Origin: Octopus vulgaris
Taxonomy: Eukaryota
NCBI GenBank assembly: GCA_951406725.2
Contig: OX597815.1
Coordinates: forward strand, 65,100,001 to 65,164,000
DNA: 64,000 nt
Reading direction: 5' to 3'
Positions within the stretch are counted from its first letter, which is position 1, and each line of letters begins with the position of its first letter. Below are positions 50,879 through 64,000 of the stretch, piece by piece. The notes beneath the pieces were generated by a model that was given only the letters and a program-made list of their open reading frames with translations, had not been told where the DNA came from and made no database searches. Both the position numbers and the translations under genes were made by a program.

Positions 50879-51372
50879 AGCTTTTGAACCTTTTAAACAT
50901 TTCTTAACATTTTTGTACTTTCCAAATTTTTTTGTATTTCCTCTCCGTTTTTTTTTTCTGTGGAAGAGCGTAGGCTCGAAATGTGAAACACTTTTTCACT
51001 TCCCAAGTGTTAAACTAATACATCTGTTTGTTGTCTACACTACCTGTCTTCGTCTTTTGTTTTTTTTATGAATTTTCCCCATATATCACACGCTCACGTG
51101 GTCACACCAATTTGATCCTGTCTCCACTTCATAACCCAACGAACTATTCTTGGATTTTCTACACCTTCTACACTTTGGACTATATTCTCTACTTGGACTC
51201 TCCTACACTTCAGCTGCACCTTTCCTACCCACGGATTACACTGGATTCATCCATTGATGAGAAATCGCTCCAATACACCACAACGTTTGAAGCTTTTGAA
51301 CTTTTCTAATACATCTGTTTGTTGTCTACACAACCTGTCTTTGTCTTTTGTTTTTTTATGAATTCTCCCTAT
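50878..51372 (+). mobile_element. Non-coding pLTR-type element with partial direct repeats and a decayed hammerhead (50955-50988)
   Basis: aagcttttgaac at 50878 and 51291; tail 51017-51081 repeated at 51308-51371; ttt-CTGTGGA-a-gagcgtaggctc-GAAA-tgtg-aaa; TA flanks. Confidence 0.65.
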
Positions 51373-51866
51373 ATATATACACACACACAGAGTTAAAAAA
51401 CATTAACCTTTATATCAAAAGAGAATTTTTAAAAAAGCAGCTAATATCTAAAGAAATATAGTTTTCTATATAGACAGATATGGTTGCAAATGATATCCCT
51501 TTAAAATTTAAAAACAGATTTAAATCTCTAACATTAAGCATAAATTTAAAACATTAACCAAAAATTTAAAATGGTTTGTATAAAAATGAATATATTATGA
51601 AAATCAGTATTTTATATAATGTCTTCATTTGTTTCCCAGTTACCTATTCTTCTTGTTACCAATACTTATTTCTTTAAAAGCAAGGGATTTTGCACTAGAG
51701 AGTTATGAGAAAGTACAGAACTTTCAAAGACTTCAGACCAAGTGCAATAGAAAACTCTTAATCACAGAGCCATATCTGCACTAACAAACACACATTCAAT
51801 TTTAAATCTGCTTTCCATGCTAGCATAGATTAGACAAATATGTATATGTGCATCTCCCTACCACTG

Positions 51867-51909
<43 letters not shown>

Positions 51910-54539
51910 TTTCACTATCACATATGTTATATATTTAGAACTTACACAAATCAGTTCAAATAAAATAAGAGAACTGCATAAGCAGGAGATATGAATGATG
52001 CAACAGCTGGACAGAGTACACACAGAATTATGCAACTGTTACAATTTTACTTTCCATATTTTATCTATTGATTTACTTTTTTTCAACTCTGCTATTGCCA
52101 ATCACTCACTCCCCACCCAACTCCACCTCCTAATTCCAATAACCCTACCCTTTTCCCATCTCTTGTTCTTCCACTTGTTCTTTCTACTTACCCACCCATT
52201 CTGGTCCTTCTGATCTCTCTCTCCTATTCCACTCTTCAGTCATATAAGCAAATGTATATGCCTTAGGTTAATGAGTACTCTCTCTACATCTACCCTCTCA
52301 GTCACCCATTTCTGGCCTTTCTGCTGTCATCATACTCCCTCCTCTCACTCACTCTTCATTCTAAACACTTTAGAGTTGGAAGCACTTTCTACATTTACTA
52401 TGTATAAGGTACATGCTTCTTGTGACAGTTCCACGGCTGCACTCCCTCTATAGGTGATTGGTGTGACAACTTCAAGTGCTGATGACACAAAAGCACTATA
52501 AAGTGATTCTGGTCTCACTAAGGACTATTCAACCTCTCATGTTGGTACCACAGGAAAATGCACCCAATTACATTCTGTAAAGTAATTGGCAATAGGAAGA
52601 GCATCCAGCCATATATGAAGAAAAAATACTAAGAGAATATGTAGTGAAGGCATGTGTCTGAGTAATTAGTGTGTTAAGTTCATGATCCTGGGGGTGATTC
52701 TTGGATCAGGCAGTGCATTTTGTCCTTGAGCAAGATAAATCATTTCACATTTCTCCAAGATACTGAAATGACTGCTAGTGCATGCAACCCACTCACCGTA
52801 CAGCCAGCACATCTTCAATATTCTGTTGGATCTACAGTGAGAGGCAAAGAGGCTGTCCATCTCTGCTTGTGACCACATACACACCTAAAACAATTAGCAA
52901 AACCATGATACAAGATAGCAGATCATATTCACTTGCAAGTGGCAGCTAAGCTTTCTAAGAGTAAAAGCCCTTTGTTTGTAGTAGTGATAATAGTTAGTCT
53001 TCATATCACAACCACACTCTAATATACTATGAAAAGTATCAACTCAGTGTGTGTTACCATGGAAATAGATTTTATCTAATTCCAGAAGCCATAAAAGTAG
53101 TTGATAGTTTCAACTAATAGTAGTTCATGCTATTGACTATTCTAATACAGTATTCTCTCAATATATCAGAACTGAATTATAAACAACTGAGCACTTCTGT
53201 ACACCAAACAAGGTTACTTTCCTTGTGTTATTCATTTCCGTCATCACTGTAACTTACAGACTGTTAACTAAAACCTACAAAGTCTTCTGGATCAGCATAC
53301 AGAAGGCTTTATAAATATTCAGCTGTACATGACTTCCTTTGAGATGGAACTAAAAACAACGAGGAAAGACTCAGCAACAGAATTTGATTCTTCACTAAAC
53401 TGACAACTAATCATGATCCTATCACTCCTGCTTGACTTTGGCCAACATAGTATGGTGTGGATTCATAACAGCCTTCTCTAAACTGAAGAGAGAGGCTAAT
53501 TTGTTTGTTGCTGAATTACAATAGCTAAGGACATTTTCAACCCAATTCATAGTTAGACTTGTATCATTTCCTTGCTTTTACCATATCTGTTTTTTTCTCT
53601 GTAAAGTTACTCCACAGATAATTTTTTTAAGTCAGAAGACAGGTTTCTATTGCTTTTTACAGAGTTCCTAAGGTTAGTGGGAGAAAGGAAAGAAGAAACC
53701 ATATCTTGTAAGTTATCTTCAAAATACAAGCATGATTCCAATGTTAGCAGAGAGGATTCGGCTAATCAGGGCCAAGGACCAGGTAGTGTGTTAAACCAAG
53801 AATTAATTAAGTTTTTCAATCAAGAACAGACAGTCCATCTACATCAAACAAATTTCATCAACAAGGTTTGAGATGATGCAAAGTTATGTTATTCAAAGAA
53901 TCATGCAGTAAGACAGAACCCTGCAACCATATGACTGCAAAAGAACTTGTTAATCATATAACCTTATGAATAATCTGACAAAACAACTGTAACAGTAAAC
54001 TAGCCAGATGTTTTTAGCATCATAGCAACAAGTCTCTCACTGAAGATCCACAAGCTTTTCCTATCTTCATAGACTTAATTGCTTTATACACTACCTACTA
54101 TTTTCATACAGCTGGCACATCTGATCACACCCTAGCCCATTGTTCAATGTCTGCTAATGACATTTGCAATTATTTTCTATGTCATTGAGGACATGTACAG
54201 CTATTTTATTTCAGATACTCTTTTCCCTATTACTTGCTCTATCATTCACCTTCAACTTCTAAACAACTCTTCACTTATTGTCCATCTGATATGAAACATT
54301 ACTCGATCACCTCCTTACTTGCTTTGAAGTATATTTTTTTCTTTTCAAACATTCATTTAATTTTTATAAATAATTCTCCCAAACATGATGTTCTCTATGT
54401 TTCATCTGCACATTTGACCAATAGCTTACAGTTGTTTAAGAAGGTTTAGCTATCTTTTGTATTCCAAACTGTAAACTGTTAATCATTTTTCTTCTCTTGG
54501 ACAAACAAAAGTCAGTGTCACTGTTTATTCCATCAAATA

Positions 54540-54863
54540 CATAGGTTCTCAAAGTAGGCGCTACTGCCCCACCACCCCATGGGCGTTGGTACTGTTCAGG
54601 TGTGTGCTGGTGCTTAAGGGGACAGTGGGGTGTAAAGAAAAAGGAGGCATTAGGAGGAAGGCAGTGTATTGGGGGATGCTATGAATTTATATTATTATAG
54701 TATTGTATACAAATTATATAATATATCAAATATCAAATGATTCATAGTATATATAAATTAGTAAAATATAGAATATTTATTTATACATAAAAATAGGGGT
54801 GGGGTGCTGAGGGTATTATGTGGCCATGAGGGGGTGATGGCTCAAAATGTTTGAGAACCCCTG
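54540..54863. mobile_element. hAT (Charlie/Buster-type) MITE
   Basis: TIRs cataggttctcaaa / tttgagaacccctg and near-perfect 8-bp TSD atcaaata / atctaata. Confidence 0.75.
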
Positions 54864-56259
54864 ATCTAATAGTTAACTAGCTTCTTTATGAAAATATCTC
54901 ATCTTCAATTAAGAATATTTTAATTCAATAATAAACAAGTTAACTAGTTATCATTTATCTTACCTAAAATACACCAATAATTTACAAAATCAATAACAAC
55001 CAAATTTAACAAATTATCAATGATTATTTTTAATTTCAACTGCACACACATATTATTAATATGTGTGCATACACATACATATGCAGGTGTATCTGTTTGT
55101 AAAAGCAGCAGCTCCCAATAGCACTTCAATCTGAATTATAAGAGAATTGTTGTTCAGGGGAAGACATAAAACCTTAATTTACAAAGCTTATAATTAATAT
55201 GTATGAACACTGAGATGAAAGTATCAGATAAAATATCAAGTGTGACAGAGCTAAATTTCTATTTTTTCCCCTGCCTTTTTAACATTTGTCATCATGTTAG
55301 GCAACTATGTACTCACAATTTAAGATACAAAAATCATTTAATCTCAGTGATGTAATCGTAACAGCTAATACATGTTTTCTAATGTAAAGTTGTTTAGTAG
55401 TCACCAAAAGATATATAATAAGGGTAATATTATTTGAAATTCAAGTCAGTTTATTTAAATATTTTATCAACATAATTGCAACAAGAGTATTTTCTTACAT
55501 TGTAAGTTCAGTGTATAACAGGTAGACCACCAAACCAAAGGCCTTATAGTAGTTCAGTGTTCTAAATTCAAATTCCAAAGTAAGTTGATATTAAATTAGT
55601 ACTATTAATAAATATATCAAGACTGAAGTCAATTCGTTTAAATGTTTCTATTTCAGCTTTTACTAGATACTGACCCTCTACAATGTTCAAGTGCAACTCA
55701 TTAAGTACTACTCACATATTTGGGCAGTGCTGCTGCATCATACACATATTTTAGACCACATCCAAAACAAACACTCACTTGTCAACACAGTATAACAAAT
55801 GATTGACATGCTAATTGTCTTTGCCTGTTTTACTTACAGGTATCTCAACCCCATCAATCTCAACAGTCTGTGAAGGCCAGCAGATGTCACAGGTGCTACC
55901 CCTTCTATGCCAACAATACAATGGTTTTTTTAAATGATTGCTAAAATATTGAACTGAAAATCATTCCAAATGAGGTTAATTTTCTTTGATTTTTTTTTTG
56001 TATAACAAAATAAAAATTCTTTAGATTATCTAAAATCTCAGTCATTACACAAAATTATATAATTTCCTACTTAATTATTATTGTATTATCAATACAATTA
56101 ATAGTGCACTTACAACAAAGGTCTAAAAATCTGATAATAACAGACTACATGATAAAATCTAGCACCTCATATCTATTAATGTCCTTCAACATATCTCCAA
56201 AATTCATGTTAAAATGTTTACCAAAAATCCATGTTTAAGCCAGAAATATATTTTCTTTT

Positions 56260-56480
56260 ATTCTTTTACTGGTTTCAATTAGTGAACTACAGCCAAGTTT
56301 GGAGATACCATCAATGGGTTTTAGTTAACTATTACATCAAACCCAATATTTTGCAAGTATTTCTACCAATTTTCCACACTCAAGACTTGATTCAATCCAA
56401 AATTAAGATAGAAGACACTTGTCAAGGGATCAAACCCAGAACCACATGGTTTACAGGGTAAACTTTTTAACCACACAGCC
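56260..56480 (-). mobile_element. Degenerate SINE (tRNA head plus CR1-like tail)
   Basis: agaagacacttgtcaagg..aaacccagaaccacatggtt..ttaaccacacagcc head and ttcttttactggtttca tail. Confidence 0.55.
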
Positions 56481-57697
56481 AAAAGCTTGTAGGATTGAAC
56501 TATTGATTTCTAATAAAGTTACAAGGACTATAAATTTGGGCTGGGCACAAGTGATAAAATCAACCTAGGATGTGAAGTTGGCTTCAGCAGTATTTGAACT
56601 CAGAAAGTAAGTTATATTGCTAACTTCAGTGTTGCTGACACTTGCTTGCCTAGAAGGACTGAAATATTAAAAATTAAACATTCTGAAAAATCACAGCTCT
56701 CAATATGAAGTAAAATATTAATTTTTGTTTCAATTTCATCACAAATATGAACTAAGCTCAATCAGATGTCATTCTTAATTTTATATTTTCAAGCTAGCAT
56801 GAGATTAATTACACCAGAAACCACTAATTACCTAACCATGCCACACTGAAGTCTCTCAATCAAATTCCAAATCATCAGAGCTCATATAAACTTCAACTAA
56901 CACATTACATAATGAGACAATCTTCTCGAAATTAGTATAATAATACTAAACATATTTATACACATTTCTTTCTTTATCAGCTTTCATTCACCTGTGTTAT
57001 ATAAATACATATGTTGAATTTCTATTTAAAGAACCCTCGTTATCCTTCCATCCATGTTTAAATACCAATTACAATTTTCAATTCAAAATAATTTCTTATC
57101 TCCTATTTCTGAAGTAGTTTAGTAACAGATCAGGATATCTAAATAAACAAACACTGAAGATGTAATCAGAATTTTTAATACATAATGAGTGCATATGATA
57201 TTATTGTTCAATGAACATGAAAAGTATGCTTCAACTTTAGCCTGACTATCAATTCCAGCATTCTCAGAAGTTTCAGTTAAATTTATAAAATCTGTATGAC
57301 AATGCTATTCCTGGCTAAAAGAGCAAAGAACATTCAGATATAAAAACTGCTCAAAACTCCTAAATCTGATTTATAACAGGACAAAAAAAAGTAAACCATA
57401 CAAGTGAGGTCTAACAGCAGTATAGAAATTTTAAGCTTTACAAAGAGATTGTGGAATTGTTTAACAAAAATGGAAATAATAAATTCCTAAATAATAACCA
57501 TATTTTAAATGCTTTCATATGATTTTCTGAATTTATCACTTTCTTAAAATTACCTTTCATATATAAAATGGAAATCAGAAAACATTACTATTTCTGTTTC
57601 AAACACTTCTCTTAGAGCAGCAGTTATCAAACTTTTCAAAAAATTTTACATGCCGGTCCCCTTACAGTTTTTTCGATGATTCATGGTCCCCTATAAA

Positions 57698-59763
57698 ATC
57701 ATCATCATCATCATCATTCATTTAGCGTCCGTTTTCCATGCTAGCATGGGTTGGACGGTTCAACTGGGGTCTGGGGAGCCCGAAGGCTGCACCAGGCCAG
57801 TCAGATCTGGCAGTGTTTCTACAGCTGGATGCCCTTCCTAACGCCAACCACTCCGAGAGTGTAGTGGGTGATTTTATGTGCCACCGACACAGGTGCCAGA
57901 CGAGGCTGGCGAACGGCCACGATCGGATGGTGTTTGTTACTTGCCCATAGCACGGCCAGTCAATGCGGTACTGGCTACCGCCACGTTCGGATGGTTTTCT
58001 TGTGTGCCACCGGCACCACAAAGATACAAATTCCATTGATGTTCATCTATTTTGATTTGTTTTGATTTGATTTTCACTTGCCTCAACAGGTCTTCACAAG
58101 TGTCACAAGAAGGAAGGAAGGTATGCACAGGTGGACTGACTACGTCCCAGGTAGGGGCCACGGGTTATGGCCTGACTAGTCTTGCCGGGTCTTCGGATGG
58201 TGTTTTTATGTGCCACCGACACAGGTGCCAGATGAGGCTAGTCTTGCCGGGTCTTCGGATGGTGTTTTTATGTGCCACCGACACAGGTGCCAGATGAGGC
58301 TGGCGGACGGCCACGATCGGATGGTGTTTGTTATGTGCCCACAGCACGGAGGCCAGTCGATGCGGTACTGGCTACCGCCACGTTCGGATGGTTTTCTTGT
58401 GTGCCACCGGCACTGGTATCACAAAGATACAAATTCCATTGATGTTCATCTATTTTGATTTGTTTTGATTTTCACTTGCTTCAAAAGGTTTTCACAAGTG
58501 TCACAAGAAGGAAGGTATGCACAGGTGGACTGACTACGTCCCAGGTAGGGGCCACGGGTTATGGCCTGACTAGTCTTGCCGGGTCTTCGGATGGTGTTTT
58601 TATGTGCCAACGACACAGGTGCCAGATGAGGCTGGCAAACGGCCACGATCGGATGGTGTTTGTTACGTGCCCACAGCACGGAGGCCAGTCGATGCGGTAC
58701 TGGCTACCGCCACGTTCGGATGGTTTTCTTGTGTGCCACCGGCACTGGTACCACAAAGATACAAATTCCATTGATGTTCATCTATTTTGATTTGTTTTGA
58801 TTTGATTTGATTTTCACTTGCCTCAACAGGTCTTCACAAGTGTCACAAGAAGGAAGGTATGCACAGGTGGACTGACTACGTCCCAGGTAGGGGCCACGGG
58901 TTATGGCCTGACTAGTCTTGCCTGGTCTTCTCACACACAGCATACTTCCATAGGTCTCGGTCTCTAGTCATTTCCTTAGTGAGACCTAAAGTTCGAAGGT
59001 CGTGCTTCACCACCTCGTCCCAGGTTTTCCTGGGTCTACCTCTTCCACAGGTTCCCTCAACTGCTAGGGTGTAGCACTTTTGCACACAACTATCTTCAGC
59101 CATTCTCGTCACATGACCATACCAGCACAGCCGTCTCTCTTGCACACCACAACTGACGCTTCTTAGGTTCAACTTTTCTCTCAAGGTACTTACACTCTGA
59201 CGATTATGAACACTGACATTACACATCCATCGGAGCATACTGGCTTCATTTCTTGCGAGCTTACGCATATCCTCAGCAGTCATGGCCCATGTTTCACTAC
59301 CATGTAGCATGGCTGTACGTACACATGCATCATACAGTCTGCCTTTTACTCTGAGCGAGAGGCCTTTTGTCACCAGCAGGGGTAAGAGCTCTCTAAACTT
59401 TGCCCAGGCTATTCTTACTCTAGCAGTTACACTTTCAGCACACCCGCCCCCGCAACTGACTTGGTCTCCTAGGTAGCGGAAGCTATCAACTACTTCTAGT
59501 TTGTCTCCCTGGAACGTGGTAGAAGTTGGTCTCTGCACATTTCCAGTGTTTATTGCTCCTGAGCATCTGCCACAGACAAAAACTATTTTCCTAGTTAGCC
59601 TTCCTTTGACATTGCTGCACCTCTTATGTGTCCATAGCTTACACTTGGTGCACCTTATAGAGTTTCTACCTACACCTTTTTTACAGATCGAGCAGGGCCA
59701 TCTACCTGAAGTCGTTTGTGATTGGTCCACCTTCCTACTTATTAGGACTTTGGTTTTGGCTAA
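57698..59763 (-). mobile_element. 5'-truncated young RTE-clade LINE with tandemly amplified 3' UTR and (ATG)n tail
   Basis: ORF C-terminus 58912-59763; 3' UTR unit present three times; tail at 57698-57720. Confidence 0.9.
58912..59763 (-). CDS. RTE ORF C-terminus (end of RT, Cys/His zinc-finger-like insert, C-terminal domain), truncated
   Basis: AKTKVL..WPCSICKKGVGRNSIRCTKCKLWTHKRC..CGRC..VVDSFRYLG..HGSETW..WYGHV..GRGRPRKTW. Confidence 0.88.
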   Translation of the reverse strand, partial: LAKTKVLISRKVDQSQTTSGRWPCSICKKGVGRNSIRCTKCKLWTHKRCSNVKGRLTRKIVFVCGRCSGAINTGNVQRPTSTTFQGDKLEVVDSFRYLGDQVSCGGGCAESVTARVRIAWAKFRELLPLLVTKGLSLRVKGRLYDACVRTAMLHGSETWAMTAEDMRKLARNEASMLRWMCNVSVHNRQSVSTLREKLNLRSVSCGVQERRLCWYGHVTRMAEDSCVQKCYTLAVEGTCGRGRPRKTWDEVVKHDLRTLGLTKEMTRDRDLWKYAVCEKTRQD

Positions 59764-60384
59764 GATGATTAACATGGAAAAAATGACATACTTTTGAGTA
59801 CCGTATTTTCCAGACTATGAACTGCACTGCCAATAAACCCACAACTTAATCCATGCTATACTCCAGTGGGGTACAATACATACATATGAAAACATAGGAA
59901 ACCAGTTGATCAATTGGTTAGAAAGCAAATGAGAAATGGAAATAGTCCAAAATATCTTGAGCATCCTGTATTAACAGCTGCTTAAGACCCATTTATACCC
60001 ATTTGGCAGCAAGAAACCATAGATTTACACCAAAAATTACAGTGGTTTTCGAGCTTTTGGCATCACTTTCCCCTTTCACCATGTTTTGAGATGCTACTCT
60101 TCCCCATTGGCAGGTCATTCCTTATACTGATTATCCAAGAAGTGCATTTCAATCAATTTAGTTATTTTCAGCAGAAGAATTGTTATAGCATCCAAAATGT
60201 ACAGAAATTTCTGTCAATTGGACCATTAGTATGCACAGAAAACACACAATTTTATTAGAAATACCATCTTCTCCTCTGAAGGTCTGCCATCCCTTTTCCC
60301 GAATCCCTGATACATAACATAAAAGAATTATATAATTATTTACTCACAAAAGCAAACCGTCTGTCATTTTATTTACAGCAAAGT

Positions 60385-62115
60385 TCAGTGTGATGTGTAT
60401 ACCTGCTTTGCAGCAACCGACTTTTCTATGTTTGGCTCTGTTTTGGAGAGGCAACCCATATTTCTGGTGTCACAGCCAGTTGATTTTGTGGCAAGGAGAA
60501 TGGAAAACACAGTCTCACACTAATAGGTGGTTGGAAATGGCATCAATACTTTAAGAGCCATCTTTGCAACATCAGGATATGACCATGCCATTTCAATCCA
60601 AAACTCAGAACAGCACATTTCATGAGAAAAAAATTTTGCACCTCCATCATTGACCAAATCAATGAACTGCTCTTGTATCAAATTGTCTTCTGTTGGCAGA
60701 TCGCTAACAGAGTACAAAGGAGTTCCTGATTAAGCGGCAATGGTTGTCAAAGTCATGTAGATCAAGAAAATAAAGAGATATTTCTCTGCCAAGTATTGAC
60801 ACATGTTTTTTTCAGGAGTTCAATAATATAGTCATCAACTTGAAGCTTGTTTTCATCAATAAACATGTTGAGTAAATGATGCAAAATTTTTTTCTATTCA
60901 ACTTTTGGTGCCAAAGTTCAAGCTTCATTTTGAAAGCAGTTAGTTTTTCATGAGAATAAAACATAGTTATATCTTTCCTTTGTAGTGAAAGACTAACAGC
61001 ATTCACTGACTTGAATATGTCCACCAAAAAATGCCAAGCAGATAAGAAAACGAATGTCAGAGGACTTGGTGTGCAAATCTGGCTTGGCATCTTGTAAATA
61101 ATCGTGGACTTCATTTCATAGAAGGAAGACCCTCTTTATTGTTTTTCCTCTGAAAAGCCATCTCACTTTTGAGTGCAACAGAAGCATTTTGAATTCAGAA
61201 TCATTTTCTTTGCACAACTCAGCAAACAGACAGGAGCTGAGTGCATTTGCTTTGATAAAGTTCACTATTGTAATCACATAATTAAGAACATTTTTTTAAC
61301 TCATCAGGCATGGTTTTCACCATTAGTGCTTGTCGAATTATACAATGCAAACCAATAGCACCTGGGGACTTTTCTTTCACCAAAGTCTGAAAACCTGAAC
61401 AGCGATCAAGAATCGCCAGAGCTTTGTTGATGCACACGCCAATGACATGCTATCATGTGCCTCAAAAAATTTATCCACTTTGTTTAATATTTCCCTTGTA
61501 GTTGTTTTGGTGCTGAGGGTTTCACAAAACAAGAATTCATCTTCTATAACGTACATAAGCACAAAGTTGGGCTAAGTTGGCAACATCCGTCATTTCATCA
61601 AGCTGGACCACAAAAAAGTTACAAAGCGAACTGTGAATCTTCGAGACCACCTGCGACAGAATGTTATCAGACAGCTCAGTTATTTACCTAACAGTATCAT
61701 TTGAGAGAGAGACATGCTTCAGCTTCTGAATTTCAGAACTTCCCAGCACATTTGATATGACTTCTTTGCAGCAAGGCAATATCAACTCTTCACCAATATT
61801 GTGGAGCTTTTTGGCAACAGCTATTTTCCTTGAAACCTCATAGGATGCTTTCAAACCAGCCATAATGTCCAACAAAAGCATTCCTGTGTAATCAAGTATG
61901 GATCTTGTCAATCTGTTGTCTTCACATCTGGAAAGGTCGACATCTCTATTTATTGAACTGACGTGCCTCTTTAACTCGCTGGACTTTAGGGAAGTAGATG
62001 CTAAAGCCTCAGAGAACAAAACACACTGTAGTTTCTCTTCTCCGCCAACCTTCATCACAGTAAAACTAAATTGCAAATAAGATTCGTCATATCCCATTTT
62101 CTTCTTTGGAAGCAT
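60385..62115 (-). pseudogene. Decayed hAT Buster/Charlie-type transposase (ZBED8/SCAND3-like)
   Basis: YDESYLQFSF..LQCV..ELKRH, ASYEVS..HNIGEELILP..SLSNDTV, QLDE.TD, EFLFC, and C-terminal ALKVLMPFPTTY, with many stops and frameshifts. A possible distal TIR lies at 57618. Confidence 0.88.
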
Positions 62116-62419
62116 TGTAAGAAAAAAAAAAATTCAGTAAACCAATATAATATAACAATATCAGTGTATATTTATTCCGCATTTATCATAAACTATGGGT
62201 GTGCATATATGCCTTACTGTAGCCAACTTTTGGGTGTACTAATTAGCAATGAAGCTTACCTATCACTATTAATTGTTAAAAGAAAACCAAAATATATGTG
62301 AGTGTTGTTTTGTCCATAAACCTCCATGAATTGATAACTGTTGAGAAGACAGTTCTGTAAGAACACATTGCCATTAAAAACAACCAAGTCTTACAAAGCC
62401 CAGCTACCTTGCAGGAGGA

Positions 62420-62758
62420 AAATAGATGTGTGGCAAAAGGCAAGGTCATGCAGGAACATACATGGGTGAGCAGTCATGCTCACATAAGACTGGAAATAAA
62501 CTCACTTGTATGATGATGAGGGTCATTTACAACTATCATAGAATGTCTAGGCAAGAATACATGCAAACATGCACACACACGCATCCACATTATATATAAC
62601 AAGCTTCTTTCAGTTTTTATCTACCAGATACATTCTAAGGCTTTGGTCAGCCTTGGATTATAATAGAAGACACTTGCCCAGTGTTGCACAGATGGACTGA
62701 AGTGAAAACCACATGGTTCAGAAGCAATCTTCTTAACCACATAGCCACACCTGCACCT
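62420..62758 (-). mobile_element. tRNA-derived SINE
   Basis: agcttctttcagttt..ctttggtcagcc..agaagacacttgccc..cttaaccacatagccacacctgcacc; same family as 2661. Confidence 0.7.
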
Positions 62759-64000
62759 ATATATAAACTTGTGGATACCTTGGAATAATTATCAAAATTG
62801 GTCCTATTAAGTGAACCAGCTGCATAACATCTACAAGAACATGCTTAAATTTCATGCTCTAGTCAGCCCATCCAAACATGAGAAGAAATAATCATTTACA
62901 AGGAATAAATTAGGACATTAAATTATAATTAATCATTTATACCCAGTTTATTTTCTTTTATAAAATAATACAAGAATTCTTTCATTTCTAAATTCAAGTT
63001 TTTAATGTATTTATTTACAGCTAAAATTATTTTTTCTACACAAGAAAAATGCATTTTAATAACAACATGGAACCTTGAGCTGTTTAGTAACTTTTTTCCA
63101 TAATCTAAATTTTACAACCACAAATAAATTCAGAAAAAATACAATGACCTTTAATAATGATGCTAATGCTAGAATAGTGAAAATTATAGAGAATCTTCTT
63201 CAAATATATAAGGCATCAGTATTTATTTTTGAGTTAGTCTGAAGAACGATTATCATCCAATAAAAATGTTTTCATACATGTCAGAGATTTTGTCATCAAA
63301 GTTAACAAGAAGACAAAGGAAAAATACCTGTCCTATGACAATTTCCACCAATCAATCAATTAACATGAATTACTAAAGAATATTAAAGAACACTAATATC
63401 CATAATCAGCATTTTAAGATAATTGGTGGTGCCTATAAAGGGAATATCCAAAAATTCTGTTGTTAAAAAATTACATTATTAAAATTGGAAAAATAATTAA
63501 GTTCAAATAATAGACATATATTTACATTAATAATTATAACTTTAAATATTATTGCTGAATCCCTAGAAAAATTTAATGTATCATCATTCCCAAGGTGTAA
63601 TTTATTACAGAAAGGACATGAATATCCAACTCTTAACAACATCTTGCAAAGCCTGAGGTATTAGACATTTATACGCAACAAATTTTTTTATCATCTAATA
63701 TTTATTTAGAAGACATCTAAGCTGCCCTATCCAAATACATTGAAATTTTTTTTTTAAATCTGAAAGGAAAAAAAGTAATCATTTCTACCTCTATTTTCTA
63801 GCCTAAAACTAATTATTAAAATTTATTCAACCAAATCAAACAAATGAGGAATAAAAGCTTCAAACATATTAATAGCTTATTGATATTGGCATACTCTCAT
63901 CTGGGAATCTAAAAATAGTTTAACTCAACAACATCAAAAACTAAATCAATTCTTTAATTATACTGAAAACATATTACTGCATTCATAAATATATAAATCT

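Noticed and set aside
57275-57305. Minus-strand YRFYK resembling the next CK1-gamma exon
   Set aside because: It is on the wrong side of the 48074 exon, the flanking residues do not match, and there are no splice sites.
57880-58760. CRISPR-like appearance of the ~61-bp repeats (also at 27500-27740, 43500-43750 and the 36856 array)
   Set aside because: No unique spacers, no cas genes, eukaryotic retroelement context.
59799-59830. TA|ccgtattttcc pogo/Tigger-like TIR
   Set aside because: No partner TIR found.

Overview
Eukaryotic, AT-rich, repeat-saturated DNA. The SINE and LINE repertoire resembles cephalopod (octopus-like) genomes; this assignment is inferred. The only host coding sequence found is one 41-bp minus-strand exon (48074-48114, GKNLYNNEHVAIKL) of a casein kinase I gamma (CSNK1G/gilgamesh) gene, so the window is probably two very large introns. 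They hold two CR1-group LINEs with intact ORF2, CR1-group 3' fragments, RTE LINE remnants, Penelope-like elements, Helitrons, hAT/piggyBac/Tc1-mariner elements and tRNA-derived SINEs. From about 27.1 to 43.3 kb a single-polarity (TA/TACA)n array is split by about ten young insertions and bracketed by a ~600-bp inverted duplication. The most striking signal is a set of hammerhead-ribozyme-like motifs in small (TA)n-inserted, Penelope-like elements. Two of them (6029-6145 and 23049-23171) have unrelated sequences but share the same non-circularly permuted, pseudoknotted hammerhead architecture. All calls were made by eye; no database search or folding program was run.
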